64,000 nucleotides of DNA from a virus (taxonomy: Duplodnaviria > Caudoviricetes). This document shows positions 53,310 through 62,019 of the stretch, in pieces. The position numbers and the translations under genes were made by a program. The notes beneath the pieces were generated by a model that was given only the letters and a program-made list of their open reading frames with translations, did no database searches and was not told the origin of the DNA. Each line of letters starts with the position of its first letter. Positions within the stretch are counted from its first letter, which is position 1. The stretch covers positions 1 to 64,000 of the IMG/VR virus record IMGVR_UViG_2932480793_000001. One strand, 5' to 3'.

Positions 53310-53728
53310 CGGGCCCCCTCGGTGTGGAACGTCCACCAGCCGTCGTAGCCCTCGGGCATTGCCGGGTAGTTGGCGAGCATCGGCTCCAGGAGCGTCAGGT
53401 GCAGGGCCTGCTCGAACGGCTTCTGCGACCCCCAGTACCGCTCGCCGTCCCAGCGTCCGTGAGGGTCGCCGCCGTACCGGCTGTCGAGGTCGTTGCCGAG
53501 GATCGCCTCGGGGCTGGAAACGTCCGGCTCCTCCCGGAGCCAGTGGGCCCACAAGTTCAGGGATCCGAGGCAGGCGTAGGTGGTGCCGTTCTTGCGCCGG
53601 AACCAGACCGCCTGGCAGTTCCCGGACAGCCAGTAGGCGTCGTGCTGGTGGGTGGTTTCGATGGTGACGGTGGACAGGTCGATGGCGAACGGTTTGCGGC
53701 TGATGAGGAAGCGGTCGGTGCGGCGCAC
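53306..53728 (-). CDS. Hypothetical protein
   Basis: AAGGA RBS; aromatic-rich 140 aa. Confidence 0.7.
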   Translation of the reverse strand: MRRTDRFLISRKPFAIDLSTVTIETTHQHDAYWLSGNCQAVWFRRKNGTTYACLGSLNLWAHWLREEPDVSSPEAILGNDLDSRYGGDPHGRWDGERYWGSQKPFEQALHLTLLEPMLANYPAMPEGYDGWWTFHTEGAR

Positions 53729-53787
53729 GGGTGGTCCTTCCGGGTTGGGGTGGCCGCCCCACCCGGGGCGGCCACACAGCAGGGGCG

Positions 53788-54159
53788 TCAGGCGGCGGGG
53801 CGGTTGGCGAGGTCGAGGAGGACGGCGGCGTGGCAGTGGTCCGGCTCGCCGGGCGCGGGGAGCGGGCAGTAGCAGGCGAGGTTCTTGCCGCGCAGCTCGT
53901 GCAGCCCGTCCAGCAGCCGCTTGCGGGTGGCGGCGGCCTCGGGGCCCATCCACCACTGGTCGGAGCCGCGCACCCAGGACCGGAACGCCATGTGGCACGC
54001 CTCGCGGGCCTGCTCGGGCGTCTCAGCTCCCAGCCACTCGGTGGCCCCGGCGAGGGTGAACGGGTTCCCGAACCGGCTGGGCCTGGTGACGATCACGGTG
54101 TTGTCGGGCTTGCGCCATCCCTTGGTGCGGCGGCGCTGGATGCGGGTGGGCGTGGTCAT
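53788..54159 (-). CDS. DUF4326 domain protein
   Basis: RIQRRRTKGWRKP...RPSRFGNPF...ELRGKNLACYC...CHAAVLL. Confidence 0.85.
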   Translation of the reverse strand: MTTPTRIQRRRTKGWRKPDNTVIVTRPSRFGNPFTLAGATEWLGAETPEQAREACHMAFRSWVRGSDQWWMGPEAAATRKRLLDGLHELRGKNLACYCPLPAPGEPDHCHAAVLLDLANRPAA

Positions 54160-54452
54160 CGTGTGGGCTCCTCGGGCGCTCGGGTGCGGGCGGTGAACGT
54201 AAGGGCGGGGCCGCGTGCCGGGGGCGGGTCGTTCCGGTGTTTCCACGCGTCCCAGCCCTGCACCGGGTGGGCGATCAGCCAGCCGATGTTCTCGGCGGAC
54301 AGGACGGCGTACACGGCCCAGCGGCGGGGCCCGGTGGGGCGTTTCCCGTACCGGTGCCAGTTCGCCCAGTCGGAGACGCGGTGGAGGGGCTTGTAGCGGC
54401 CGAGCCCGTATCCGGCGGTGAGCGCGGCCAGCACGGCGGCAAGGGCGGTCAC
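54156..54452 (-). CDS. Small membrane-anchored protein
   Basis: VTALAAVLAALTAGYGLGR; overlaps both neighbours. Confidence 0.6.
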   Translation of the reverse strand: MTALAAVLAALTAGYGLGRYKPLHRVSDWANWHRYGKRPTGPRRWAVYAVLSAENIGWLIAHPVQGWDAWKHRNDPPPARGPALTFTARTRAPEEPTR

Positions 54453-55660
54453 TGGGTCTCCTCGGGCGCGGCAGGGGCAGCGGGCGGGGTGGCTCGGCCG
54501 TAGTCCCAGGCGCGGTTCCAGTCGGCGTGTGATCCGGTGTGCCCGGGGTCCAGTTGGCAGGTGGACTCGTCGTACTGGTCGCCGCAGACGGGAGCGTCCG
54601 CCTCCCTGGTGGGCGGCTGCACCCCGGCGGCAGCGTCGGCGGCCTCGTGGTCGCACAGTTCGTGGTCGCCCTCGGCGTGGGCCATCAGCCGCTCGTGCGT
54701 CGTGCACGGCTCCCCGCCCGGCTCGCACGCTCCGACGCTGCACGGGGTGGCCACGTACTCGGCTTCGTCGACCAGCGCGCGGAGGCGGTCGGCCTGCTCG
54801 GTCAGTTCCCGGGCGGCGAACGACTCCTCGCCGTAGTCGGAGCTGGACAGGTCCTTCAGCACTGCGGCCCGACCGTCGAGAGTGGCGGCGACCCAGCGGA
54901 GCACGGCGGCCCGGTCGGCAGGCGCGGGCGGGGCGGCGGCAGGGCGCGCGTCCAGGCAGCGCGTGTCAGAGCCGGGGCTGTGGATCCACCCGGGCCCGTC
55001 GGGGTGGGTCATCCACTCGATCGGGTCTCCGCAGACGCACCGGCGGTCGCCCTCGGCCGCGCTGGTGCCGAGGAGCTGCCGTCCGCAGCGGGCCCCCTTC
55101 AGCCACTCCCGGACGTCCCCGGTCGTGACCGGGCGCTGCTCGCGGTCGGCGATGTCGCAGCACTCCCCGACGAACGCCAACGCGTCCTGCGCCCGGTACA
55201 GCTGGGTGGCGAGGTCGTTGGCCTGGTCGCGCGCCTCCTCGGCGGTGAGGAGCGGGCAGGGGCCGCCGTTGCACGCCCCGCTGGTCCCGCACTCGGGGCA
55301 GGCCGCGCTGGTGCCGAGGAGCTGCCGGGCCACCGTGGCGGCGACCGCCGCGATGTTGCGCGGGTCGTCGATGGTCACGCTGATCTCGGGGTGCTTGTCG
55401 CACTGCTCGTACACGGCGGCGGCCATCGCCTCCATCAGCGAGTCACCGTCGACCCAGACGGCGGCGGGGGCGGGCTCCGGTGTCGGCGCGTGCTCGGCGG
55501 CCAGGTGCTCGCGGACGATCCGCGCCCGGCTGTCGGCGTACTTGTCCGGCACCCCGTGGCACGCCCAGTGGCAGCCCGGCTCGGTGCAGCGGATCGGGGT
55601 GATCGGGCCGAGCGGACCCTCGGCGGGGCGGTCAGCGGGGGTGGGGGTGGTGTCGGTCAT
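54449..55660 (-). CDS. Mosaic multi-module Cys/His-rich phage protein
   Basis: MTDTTPTPAD start; several Cys/His-rich modules; RQLLGTSAA occurs twice. Confidence 0.7.
   Translation of the reverse strand: MTDTTPTPADRPAEGPLGPITPIRCTEPGCHWACHGVPDKYADSRARIVREHLAAEHAPTPEPAPAAVWVDGDSLMEAMAAAVYEQCDKHPEISVTIDDPRNIAAVAATVARQLLGTSAACPECGTSGACNGGPCPLLTAEEARDQANDLATQLYRAQDALAFVGECCDIADREQRPVTTGDVREWLKGARCGRQLLGTSAAEGDRRCVCGDPIEWMTHPDGPGWIHSPGSDTRCLDARPAAAPPAPADRAAVLRWVAATLDGRAAVLKDLSSSDYGEESFAARELTEQADRLRALVDEAEYVATPCSVGACEPGGEPCTTHERLMAHAEGDHELCDHEAADAAAGVQPPTREADAPVCGDQYDESTCQLDPGHTGSHADWNRAWDYGRATPPAAPAAPEETQ
55055..55327. repeat. 27-bp perfect direct repeat, 246 bp apart and in frame
   Basis: GGCCGCGCTGGTGCCGAGGAGCTGCCG at 55055-55081 and 55301-55327. 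Confidence 0.85.
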
Positions 55661-55740
55661 CGGGGGCTCCAGGTGAGTGCGGGTACGGTGGGCGGGCCGG
55701 CTGCCCCCGGGTCCAACGGGGGCAGCCGGTCGTGCGTGGG

Positions 55741-56715
55741 TCATGCGGCGGTGAGGTGAAGCTGCGAGCGGGCCGCAGCGCGGAGGGCGGCGAACCCGGC
55801 CTCGGCCTGAAGGGTCACCACGCTGTTCCCAGCCCGCTTGATCTGCTGCGGGCGCGGCATGTCCGCGTGGTCGGTGATCAGGCCGGTGTCGATGCCCATC
55901 ACCCACTCGGCGAAGCGCGGGCAGATCCGCAGATTGCCCCGGGTGTCGAGGGACGTCGGCGCCGGTGCGGACCGGCCGAGGACGGTTTCCCAGCGGCGGA
56001 TCGCCGGACCGTAGTCGTGGCCCAACTCCGGTGCCCGCCAGTGCTCGTCAAGGCGGACGGCAACCCCGGGGAGGTAGTAGTTGCCCTGCCCGTCCCGCTG
56101 GTTCGGGCCGCCGTTCGGGCCGTCGGAAGCCTTCGGGGTGGGCAGGAGGCGGGCGACCGGGTCGACCGTGGGCGCCGGAGCCGGAACCTCGACCGCGACG
56201 CCCACGCCGGGGACGGCGTAGCCGAGCCACCGGGGCCGGCCATGCGGGGCACCAACCGACGACGCGTAGGTGATCGTCCAGTACAGGTCGTAGCCCAGCC
56301 GGTTCAGGTGATCGGCCACCACGTCCAAGCCCCGGCGCTTCAACGCCGCCACGTTCTCCAGGAACACCTCGGCCGGGCGGATCACGTCGATCGCCTGGGC
56401 CACGTTCCGCCACAGCCCAGAGCGCGGGTCGTCCAGGCCGAGGCGGTGTCCGTTGTTGCTGATCCCCTGGCACGGCCACCCGGCGATCAGGGTGGACAGG
56501 TCCGGGTAGGAGGCGGCGACGTCCGCGTAGTTGATCTCGTCGATGGCCCCGAGGTTCATCACCCCCGGCAGCAGGCCGGCCATCACCTGGGCGGCCCACA
56601 GGTCCTTCTCCGCGTAGACGGCGGTCGCCGCGCCCGTCAGGTGTTCCACCGCCTTGTCGAGGGCGCCGACACCCGAGCACAGACTGATCGCGGTCGGGGT
56701 TGCGGATGGGTTCAT
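55741..56715 (-). CDS. DNA (cytosine-5) methyltransferase
   Basis: SLCSGVG (I), AGWPCQGIS (IV), LENV (VI), GAPHGRPR (VIII), AGNSVV (X). Confidence 0.92.
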   Translation of the reverse strand: MNPSATPTAISLCSGVGALDKAVEHLTGAATAVYAEKDLWAAQVMAGLLPGVMNLGAIDEINYADVAASYPDLSTLIAGWPCQGISNNGHRLGLDDPRSGLWRNVAQAIDVIRPAEVFLENVAALKRRGLDVVADHLNRLGYDLYWTITYASSVGAPHGRPRWLGYAVPGVGVAVEVPAPAPTVDPVARLLPTPKASDGPNGGPNQRDGQGNYYLPGVAVRLDEHWRAPELGHDYGPAIRRWETVLGRSAPAPTSLDTRGNLRICPRFAEWVMGIDTGLITDHADMPRPQQIKRAGNSVVTLQAEAGFAALRAAARSQLHLTAA

Positions 56716-56963
56716 CAGAGGCTCCAAAGGGTCGGTTGAACGAATCTGAGCGGGAGGGCGGTCTGCCCGGGGATGGGTTCTGGGGTCGGATCGGCCCGCT
56801 GGGCGTCTCCCTGACGTTCTCCGCCCCGCTGGGACTCCCGGACGCCGGAAGCCCGTTCGGCCGCGAGAGACCCCGTTCTGGCCCGCGACGGGGATGCTGC
56901 GGCCTCGCGCCCGCGCCCCGATTCAGGACCGGTCCCCCGCGAGTCGGAGTTCAACGTGCGCAT
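56715..56963 (-). CDS. Hypothetical protein
   Basis: TGATG coupling at both ends; PIPGQTALPL. Confidence 0.45.
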   Translation of the reverse strand: MRTLNSDSRGTGPESGRGREAAASPSRARTGSLAAERASGVRESQRGGERQGDAQRADPTPEPIPGQTALPLRFVQPTLWSL

Positions 56964-57118
56964 CACGCCGCCTCCCCATACGCCCGCAGGTCCCGGTTCG
57001 TCGACCACGTCTCCCCGCAGTTAGGGCAGCGGTACAGGTGGCTGACCTGCGTGTTATCCCGATGCTCGGCGATGGGTTGCACGCGTTCCCGAGGGCAGCT
57101 CGGGCAGTTGTCGGTCAC
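56963..57118 (-). CDS. Small Zn-ribbon protein
   Basis: CPSC...YRCPNCGETW; GTGA overlap with dnaB. Confidence 0.65.
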   Translation of the reverse strand: MTDNCPSCPRERVQPIAEHRDNTQVSHLYRCPNCGETWSTNRDLRAYGEAA

Positions 57119-58488
57119 GTGTGCGCCATGTCGACGAACCGGCTGTAGTGCAGCTGGGCGGCGACTGTGATGACCGCGGTGGGCCCGTTGCGGTGCTTGT
57201 CGACGATGAGGTCGACTTCGCCGGCGCGGGCGGAGTCCTTCTCGTAGGCGTCTTCGCGGTGGAGGAGGATCACGACGTCGGCGTCCTGCTCCAGGGATCC
57301 GGACTCGCGGAGGTCGGACTTGGTGGGCTTCTTGTCCTGCCGCTGTTCGGGCCCGCGGTTGAGCTGGGCGAGGACGACGACAGGGACTTCGAGGTCTTTG
57401 GCCATGAGCTTGATTGCGCGGCTCATGTCGGAGACTTCCTGCTGCCGGTTCTCGGCGCGGCGCCCGTTGCCGGAGCTGACGAGTTGCAGGTAGTCGATGA
57501 CGATGAGGGCGAGCCCGGACCGTTGCTTGATCTTCCGGGCGCGGGCTTTGATCTGCGTCATCGTCAGCGTCGACGTGGCGTCGATGGTGATGGGGGCGGC
57601 GGTGACGTCGGGGAGCCGCTGGGCAAAACGGGCCCAGTCGGAGTCGGTCATGTTCCCGCCGCGGATGTGGTGCAGGGCGATGCGGGCTTCGGCGGACATG
57701 ATGCGGTGCTGGACTTCCCGCCGGCTCATTTCGAGGCTGAACAGCACGGACGGCTGCTGGTGCTTGATGGAGCAGGAGCGGAGGAAGTCGACGGCGAGCG
57801 TGGACTTTCCCATGGCGGGCCGGGCGGCGATGATCACCATCTGGCCGGGGTGCAGCCCCTTGAGGAGTTCGTCGAGGTCGGCAAACCCGGTGGGGACGCC
57901 CATCGCGGCCCCGTTCTTCTCCAGCTCGACGAGCTCGTCGACCATCTGGTCGAAGTCGTCGCCGATGGGTGCGGAGTCGGGGTCTTCGCTGGCCTGGATG
58001 GCGTTGTTGAGTTCGGTCTGGGCGGCGTCCGCGGTTTCGTCGGGGTCTCCCCCGGCGTACCCGAGCTGGGTGATGCGGGTTCCGGCCTGGGTGATCCGCC
58101 GGAGTTTCGCAGCGCCGTGGACGATGTCGGCGTAGTAGCCGGCGTGCGCGGCACTGGGGGTCTGCTGCACCAGGTCGGAGGCCGCGGTGATGCCTCCGAC
58201 CCGGTCGAGGAGCCCGGCTTCGCGGAGTTCGTTGGTGACGGTGATCGGGTCGACGGGCTCGCCCTTGGCGTACAGGGCGGTGATGGCGCCGTAAACGATG
58301 GCGTGGGCGGGCCGGTAGAAGTCGTCGGCTTCGAGGGGCCCGTCGAGGACTTCGCCGATGGCGTGGGGGTGGAGCATCATCCCGCCGAGGACGGACACTT
58401 CGGCGTCCAGGTTGGCGGGCGGCATCCGCTCGAAGTCCGCCGCGGGTGCGGTGTCGGCGGGGGTCCAGAGGTCGGTGTCGATGCTCAT
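57115..58488 (-). CDS. dnaB: Replicative DNA helicase
   Basis: AARPAMGKST, FSLEM, IVIDYLQL, AQLNR, DLRESGSLEQDAD, KHRNG. Confidence 0.97.
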   Translation of the reverse strand: MSIDTDLWTPADTAPAADFERMPPANLDAEVSVLGGMMLHPHAIGEVLDGPLEADDFYRPAHAIVYGAITALYAKGEPVDPITVTNELREAGLLDRVGGITAASDLVQQTPSAAHAGYYADIVHGAAKLRRITQAGTRITQLGYAGGDPDETADAAQTELNNAIQASEDPDSAPIGDDFDQMVDELVELEKNGAAMGVPTGFADLDELLKGLHPGQMVIIAARPAMGKSTLAVDFLRSCSIKHQQPSVLFSLEMSRREVQHRIMSAEARIALHHIRGGNMTDSDWARFAQRLPDVTAAPITIDATSTLTMTQIKARARKIKQRSGLALIVIDYLQLVSSGNGRRAENRQQEVSDMSRAIKLMAKDLEVPVVVLAQLNRGPEQRQDKKPTKSDLRESGSLEQDADVVILLHREDAYEKDSARAGEVDLIVDKHRNGPTAVITVAAQLHYSRFVDMAHT

Positions 58489-59195
58489 GCGGCCTGCCCC
58501 CTGCGGCGGTCGGGGCCGGTGATGACGACGCGCTGACACATCTCGTTGAGCCGGGACGCGACCCGGTCACCTAGGCGGCCGGCGAGCTCCTTGGGTGCGA
58601 CGTTCGACGTGAGCAGGGTGGGCAGCTTGTTCTCGTACCGGTGGTTGATGAGCCGGAAGTTGATGTCTTCGGTGAACTCGCTGACCTTCGCAGCGCCAAT
58701 GTCGTCGAGGAGGAGAACGGTGGCGTTCACGTACTTGGCGAACTCGGCTTCGGTGTCGACGCCGTGCCGGACCCGGAGCTTCGCGTAGAGGTCGGCTGCG
58801 GTGGTGACGGTCCACCGGGCAACGACACCGGTGACGGCAAGTTCCCGGATCGCGGCATGCGCCTCGTAGGTCTTCCCGACCCCGGTGGGGCCGAGGAGCA
58901 GCAGCGAGGGGCCGCGGACGACGCTGGGGACGGGGGCGTTGCGTTCGGCCTGGACCTTGCGGGCCTGGTCGGCGAGCGCGGTGATCCACTGGCTGATCTC
59001 GGGGCGTTCGGACACGGCCCGCTGGTAGATGAACGGGATGTTCTTGGCGGTGGTGTGTGCGGACCAGCGGGCGATGTTCGGCTCGCTGAACGGGTCGCCG
59101 TTGTCGGTGGTGAACCAGTCGGCGGTACGGCCCTGGCGGGCGAGCAGCGGCAGCAGGCCGTGCTTGGCGGGGTCGTAGGGCGGGATCAGGTCCAT
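58485..59195 (-). CDS. DnaC/IstB-like helicase loader ATPase
   Basis: GPTGVGKT, LLLDDIG, INHRYENKLPTLLTSN, GDRVASRL. Confidence 0.92.
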   Translation of the reverse strand: MDLIPPYDPAKHGLLPLLARQGRTADWFTTDNGDPFSEPNIARWSAHTTAKNIPFIYQRAVSERPEISQWITALADQARKVQAERNAPVPSVVRGPSLLLLGPTGVGKTYEAHAAIRELAVTGVVARWTVTTAADLYAKLRVRHGVDTEAEFAKYVNATVLLLDDIGAAKVSEFTEDINFRLINHRYENKLPTLLTSNVAPKELAGRLGDRVASRLNEMCQRVVITGPDRRRGQAA

Positions 59196-59198
59196 GGG

Positions 59199-60167
59199 TT
59201 AGAGCTCCTCGTAGTAGCTGGAGTGGTCTTCGGGGTTGCGCCAGGGCTGGTAGTCGCCGACGGCTCGGAGGTGGGGGCGGCCGGGCTGGTCGGGTTCGTC
59301 GTCGTAGCAGCCCTTGTTGAGCCAGGTGGCCGGGTACTTCGTGTACTTGGGGTCCTCGTTGGCTCGCTCGCGGGCGTAGCCGGCGGCGGCGGTGACGATG
59401 TGCTGGGGGTCGGCTCCGCGGCCGAGGGCAGCAACCCAGGCCTTGCGGGCTTCCTCGCGGGCCTTCTTCTTCGGGTAGTTCAGCCAGAAGGCTCCGAAGG
59501 CTTTGCTGTGCTCGTCCTGGGCCGGTTTGGCAGCGCGCGGCTTGCTGGCGGGCTTGGCCTCTTCCGGGGCTGCTGCGGCGTCTTGCTGAGCCGGAGGCGA
59601 AGAAGAGTCTTTATGTAGTTGGTTGACTGGTGGTTGTTGGTGGTTAGGGCGGCGTTGAGTGCGTGACGGCTGGGCGTTAAGTGCGTGACGGCTGGGCGCA
59701 GAGTCTGTGACATCGCCTGTCACGGACTCTGCGTCCGTGACAGTCACAGGCTTTGAGTCCGTGACGGTCACAGACTCTGCGCCTGTGACACCCCTCGATC
59801 GGGACCGCCGCTTCCGCTCCGCAGCCGCCGCCCTGTACTCGTTCTCCTCGCGCTCCAGATCCGTCCAGTCCGACGCCGGGCGCACCATCTCCATGGCCAG
59901 CTGCCACCGCGTCCGGCTGTCGACCGAACCGTCCCGGCGGATCAGCCCGGCCTTCTCCAGCCGTCGCAGTGCCCGCTGCACCGTCGTCCGGTCGTAGCCG
60001 GTCCGGTATTGGATCCGAAGCACCGAGGGGTGGGTGTTGGTGCCCGCCGGGTTGGCGTACTCGGCGAGCACCTGAAGGACGTGCCGGCCCGTGGTGTCGG
60101 GCTTGCCCTTCTCGGTGCGCGGCATGGGCGCCTTGTCCATGGCCCAGTCGACTGCCTCGGTGCTCAC
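59199..60167 (-). CDS. Phage replication initiator (HTH, lambda O-like organisation; Rep 1)
   Basis: HTH (HPSVLRIQYRTGYDRTTVQRALRRLEKAGLI); central repeats; FWLNYPKK...YPATWLN C-domain; upstream of the loader and helicase. Confidence 0.88.
   Translation of the reverse strand: MSTEAVDWAMDKAPMPRTEKGKPDTTGRHVLQVLAEYANPAGTNTHPSVLRIQYRTGYDRTTVQRALRRLEKAGLIRRDGSVDSRTRWQLAMEMVRPASDWTDLEREENEYRAAAAERKRRSRSRGVTGAESVTVTDSKPVTVTDAESVTGDVTDSAPSRHALNAQPSRTQRRPNHQQPPVNQLHKDSSSPPAQQDAAAAPEEAKPASKPRAAKPAQDEHSKAFGAFWLNYPKKKAREEARKAWVAALGRGADPQHIVTAAAGYARERANEDPKYTKYPATWLNKGCYDDEPDQPGRPHLRAVGDYQPWRNPEDHSSYYEEL
59658..59789. repeat. Iteron array (putative origin) inside Rep 1
   Basis: 19-bp AGTGCGTGACGGCTGGGCG twice (59658, 59680); three 23-bp GTCAC...GTGAC palindromic units at 59719, 59743, 59767. 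Confidence 0.8.
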
Positions 60168-60259
60168 GGGTTCTTCTTCCTGGCGGTGTGGATAGGTACG
60201 GGCGGGGGCGGTGTGGGGCCCGCGGTCGGGTCAGGTGGGGGCGGGGTCCGGGCGGGGCG

Positions 60260-61303
60260 TCACGCGGCGGCCAGCTGGTGTGCGGGCTGGGTGATGCCGG
60301 CGGCGTGGAGTAGGTCGGCGGCGAAGGGGACGGGTACGGCGTTGCCGACTTGGAGGTGCTGGGAGCCGGCGAGGCCGTGGAACTTGAGGTCGGGGCGGAA
60401 GCCTTGGAGGGCGGCGCATTCGGCGACGGTCGGGCGGAGGTTCGGCTTCGGCGTCTTGCCGGCGGCGAGTTCCTTGGCGGTGGGTTTGCGGAGCGGGACG
60501 TCGCGGTCGCGCCAGAGCGGCTTGCCGTTGTCGTCGACCATGCCCATGGCCTTGGCCATCGCCTGCCGTGTCCCGTTGCCGAAAGGTTCGGCTCCCCCGG
60601 TCGCGGTGCCTCCCCCCGTGACGGTTGGCGCGGGCCGCTGGGTGTAGCCCCAGCCGACAACGTCGGCCATAGCGACGAGCGGGGGCTGGCCGAGTCCGCC
60701 GTGGGTGCGCGGGGGCAGGGCGACTTCCTGGGTGCGGGAGGCGAGGAGGACGGCGCGGGGCCGGTGCTGCCCGAGTCCGCGGTGGGCGGGGTCGAGGACG
60801 CCGGTGGCGGTGCTGTATCCCCAGCGGGTGAGGATTTCGGCGTACTGCTCCCAGACAGGGAGGACGGACGGGACCTGCTCCATGGCGATGGCTTCGGGCT
60901 GGAGGTCGTAGTGCCAGCGCATGGGTTCGGCGGTGAGGATGGACCGCCAGTCGAGGCAGGCGGCCCCGATGGCAGCCCGGGTGTCCATACCGCGGGAGAG
61001 GTCTTCGATGGCCTGGTGGACGCGGGGCAGGTCGCGGAGGCCGAGTTGTTTGCCGGACCTCCCGAACCCGGGGCAGGGCGGGCTGTCGACCTTGTTGATG
61101 CGCCGGCCCTTGAAGGGGTACGTCGGGAAGGTAGTGACGTCCCAGCGGATCGTGTCGTGACCTGCGTTGATGCGGGTGCGGCAGGTGTCGGTGTTGAACT
61201 CAAGGCCGATCTCGTCTGCGGGGAGGGCTTCGGACCAGCCGATACCTGCGAAGCCGTGGACGTTCAGGACGTTGGAGGCTGCCGTGAACATTGCTCCGGT
61301 CAT
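60260..61303 (-). CDS. Second DNA (cytosine-5) methyltransferase
   Basis: HGFAGIG (I), SPPCPGF (IV), MEQV (VI variant), QHRPR (VIII), ALQGF...QVGNAVP (IX/X). Confidence 0.88.
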   Translation of the reverse strand: MTGAMFTAASNVLNVHGFAGIGWSEALPADEIGLEFNTDTCRTRINAGHDTIRWDVTTFPTYPFKGRRINKVDSPPCPGFGRSGKQLGLRDLPRVHQAIEDLSRGMDTRAAIGAACLDWRSILTAEPMRWHYDLQPEAIAMEQVPSVLPVWEQYAEILTRWGYSTATGVLDPAHRGLGQHRPRAVLLASRTQEVALPPRTHGGLGQPPLVAMADVVGWGYTQRPAPTVTGGGTATGGAEPFGNGTRQAMAKAMGMVDDNGKPLWRDRDVPLRKPTAKELAAGKTPKPNLRPTVAECAALQGFRPDLKFHGLAGSQHLQVGNAVPVPFAADLLHAAGITQPAHQLAAA

Positions 61304-61370
61304 GCAATTCACCTCGTGGGCAGGGATTTGGGCGCGCGACGGCATTGGCAATTCGTCGCCGAGTTCGACA

Positions 61371-61415
61371 ACTTCATGTACATCATAGCGCTCAACGCGC
61401 TGATGTACATGAAGT
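61371..61415. promoter_or_regulatory. Perfect 15-bp inverted repeat operator with two ATGTACAT cores
   Basis: ACTTCATGTACATCA-N15-TGATGTACATGAAGT. Confidence 0.8.
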
Positions 61416-61435
61416 CCGTGAGGTACAGTACAGAC

Positions 61436-61711
61436 ATGACCGCGCCCAAGAAGGAGCACCAGAGCAAGATCGCGGACGCGCGCAACGCGCTCGCCGACGC
61501 CATCGAGAAGGCCCGCTACTACGACGAGACGACCGTGCTCACCTCCCGCGGGAAGCGCGTCGCCGTCCTCGTCGGCATGGACTTCTACGAACGCGCCCTG
61601 GAAGCCCTCGGTGAGACGCGCGAACTGGTCGAGCCTGAGCCGGAGAAGAAGCGCACCGTGAAGGTCCCGAAGGGCACGCTCGACCGCGCCCGCGGCGCCG
61701 ACTCGGACTGA
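61436..61711 (+). CDS. Solitary Phd/YefM-family antitoxin-like protein (leaderless)
   Basis: IADARNALADAIEKA...TVLTSRGKRVAVLVGMDFYE; TACAGT 6 nt before the ATG. Confidence 0.85.
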   Translation: MTAPKKEHQSKIADARNALADAIEKARYYDETTVLTSRGKRVAVLVGMDFYERALEALGETRELVEPEPEKKRTVKVPKGTLDRARGADSD

Positions 61712-61791
61712 CATCACTTCCCCTCCTCCCTCCCCCGCCCCGGCGGGGTTGTTGTGCGTGTGGGCGGGCCACGTGTGGTGGCCCGCCCTTG

Positions 61792-62019
61792 TCATGCGGC
61801 CTGCTGGTTCATGCGTCGGCGTTGGTTGCGGGTGGTGCCGCCCCAGATGCCGTGGTCTTCGGGTGCGGTGAGCGCGTGGTCAAGGCAGCGGCGGCGGACC
61901 GGGCAGCCCTTACAGACCTTGATGGCGGCCAGGGGTGCCCCGGATTCCGGGAAGAACAGCTCCGGATCGGTGGTCTGGCAGATGCCTTCTTCGTGCCACG
62001 ACGTGTCGAGGTCGCTCAT
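61792..62019 (-). CDS. WhiB-family transcriptional regulator
   Basis: W...GIC..TDPELFFP...CKGCPVRRRCL...GIWGGTT. Confidence 0.93.
   Translation of the reverse strand: MSDLDTSWHEEGICQTTDPELFFPESGAPLAAIKVCKGCPVRRRCLDHALTAPEDHGIWGGTTRNQRRRMNQQAA

Noticed and set aside
60260-61795. 511-aa extended methyltransferase ORF
   Set aside because: The extension is antisense to the Phd-like gene; motif I starts just after ATG 61303.
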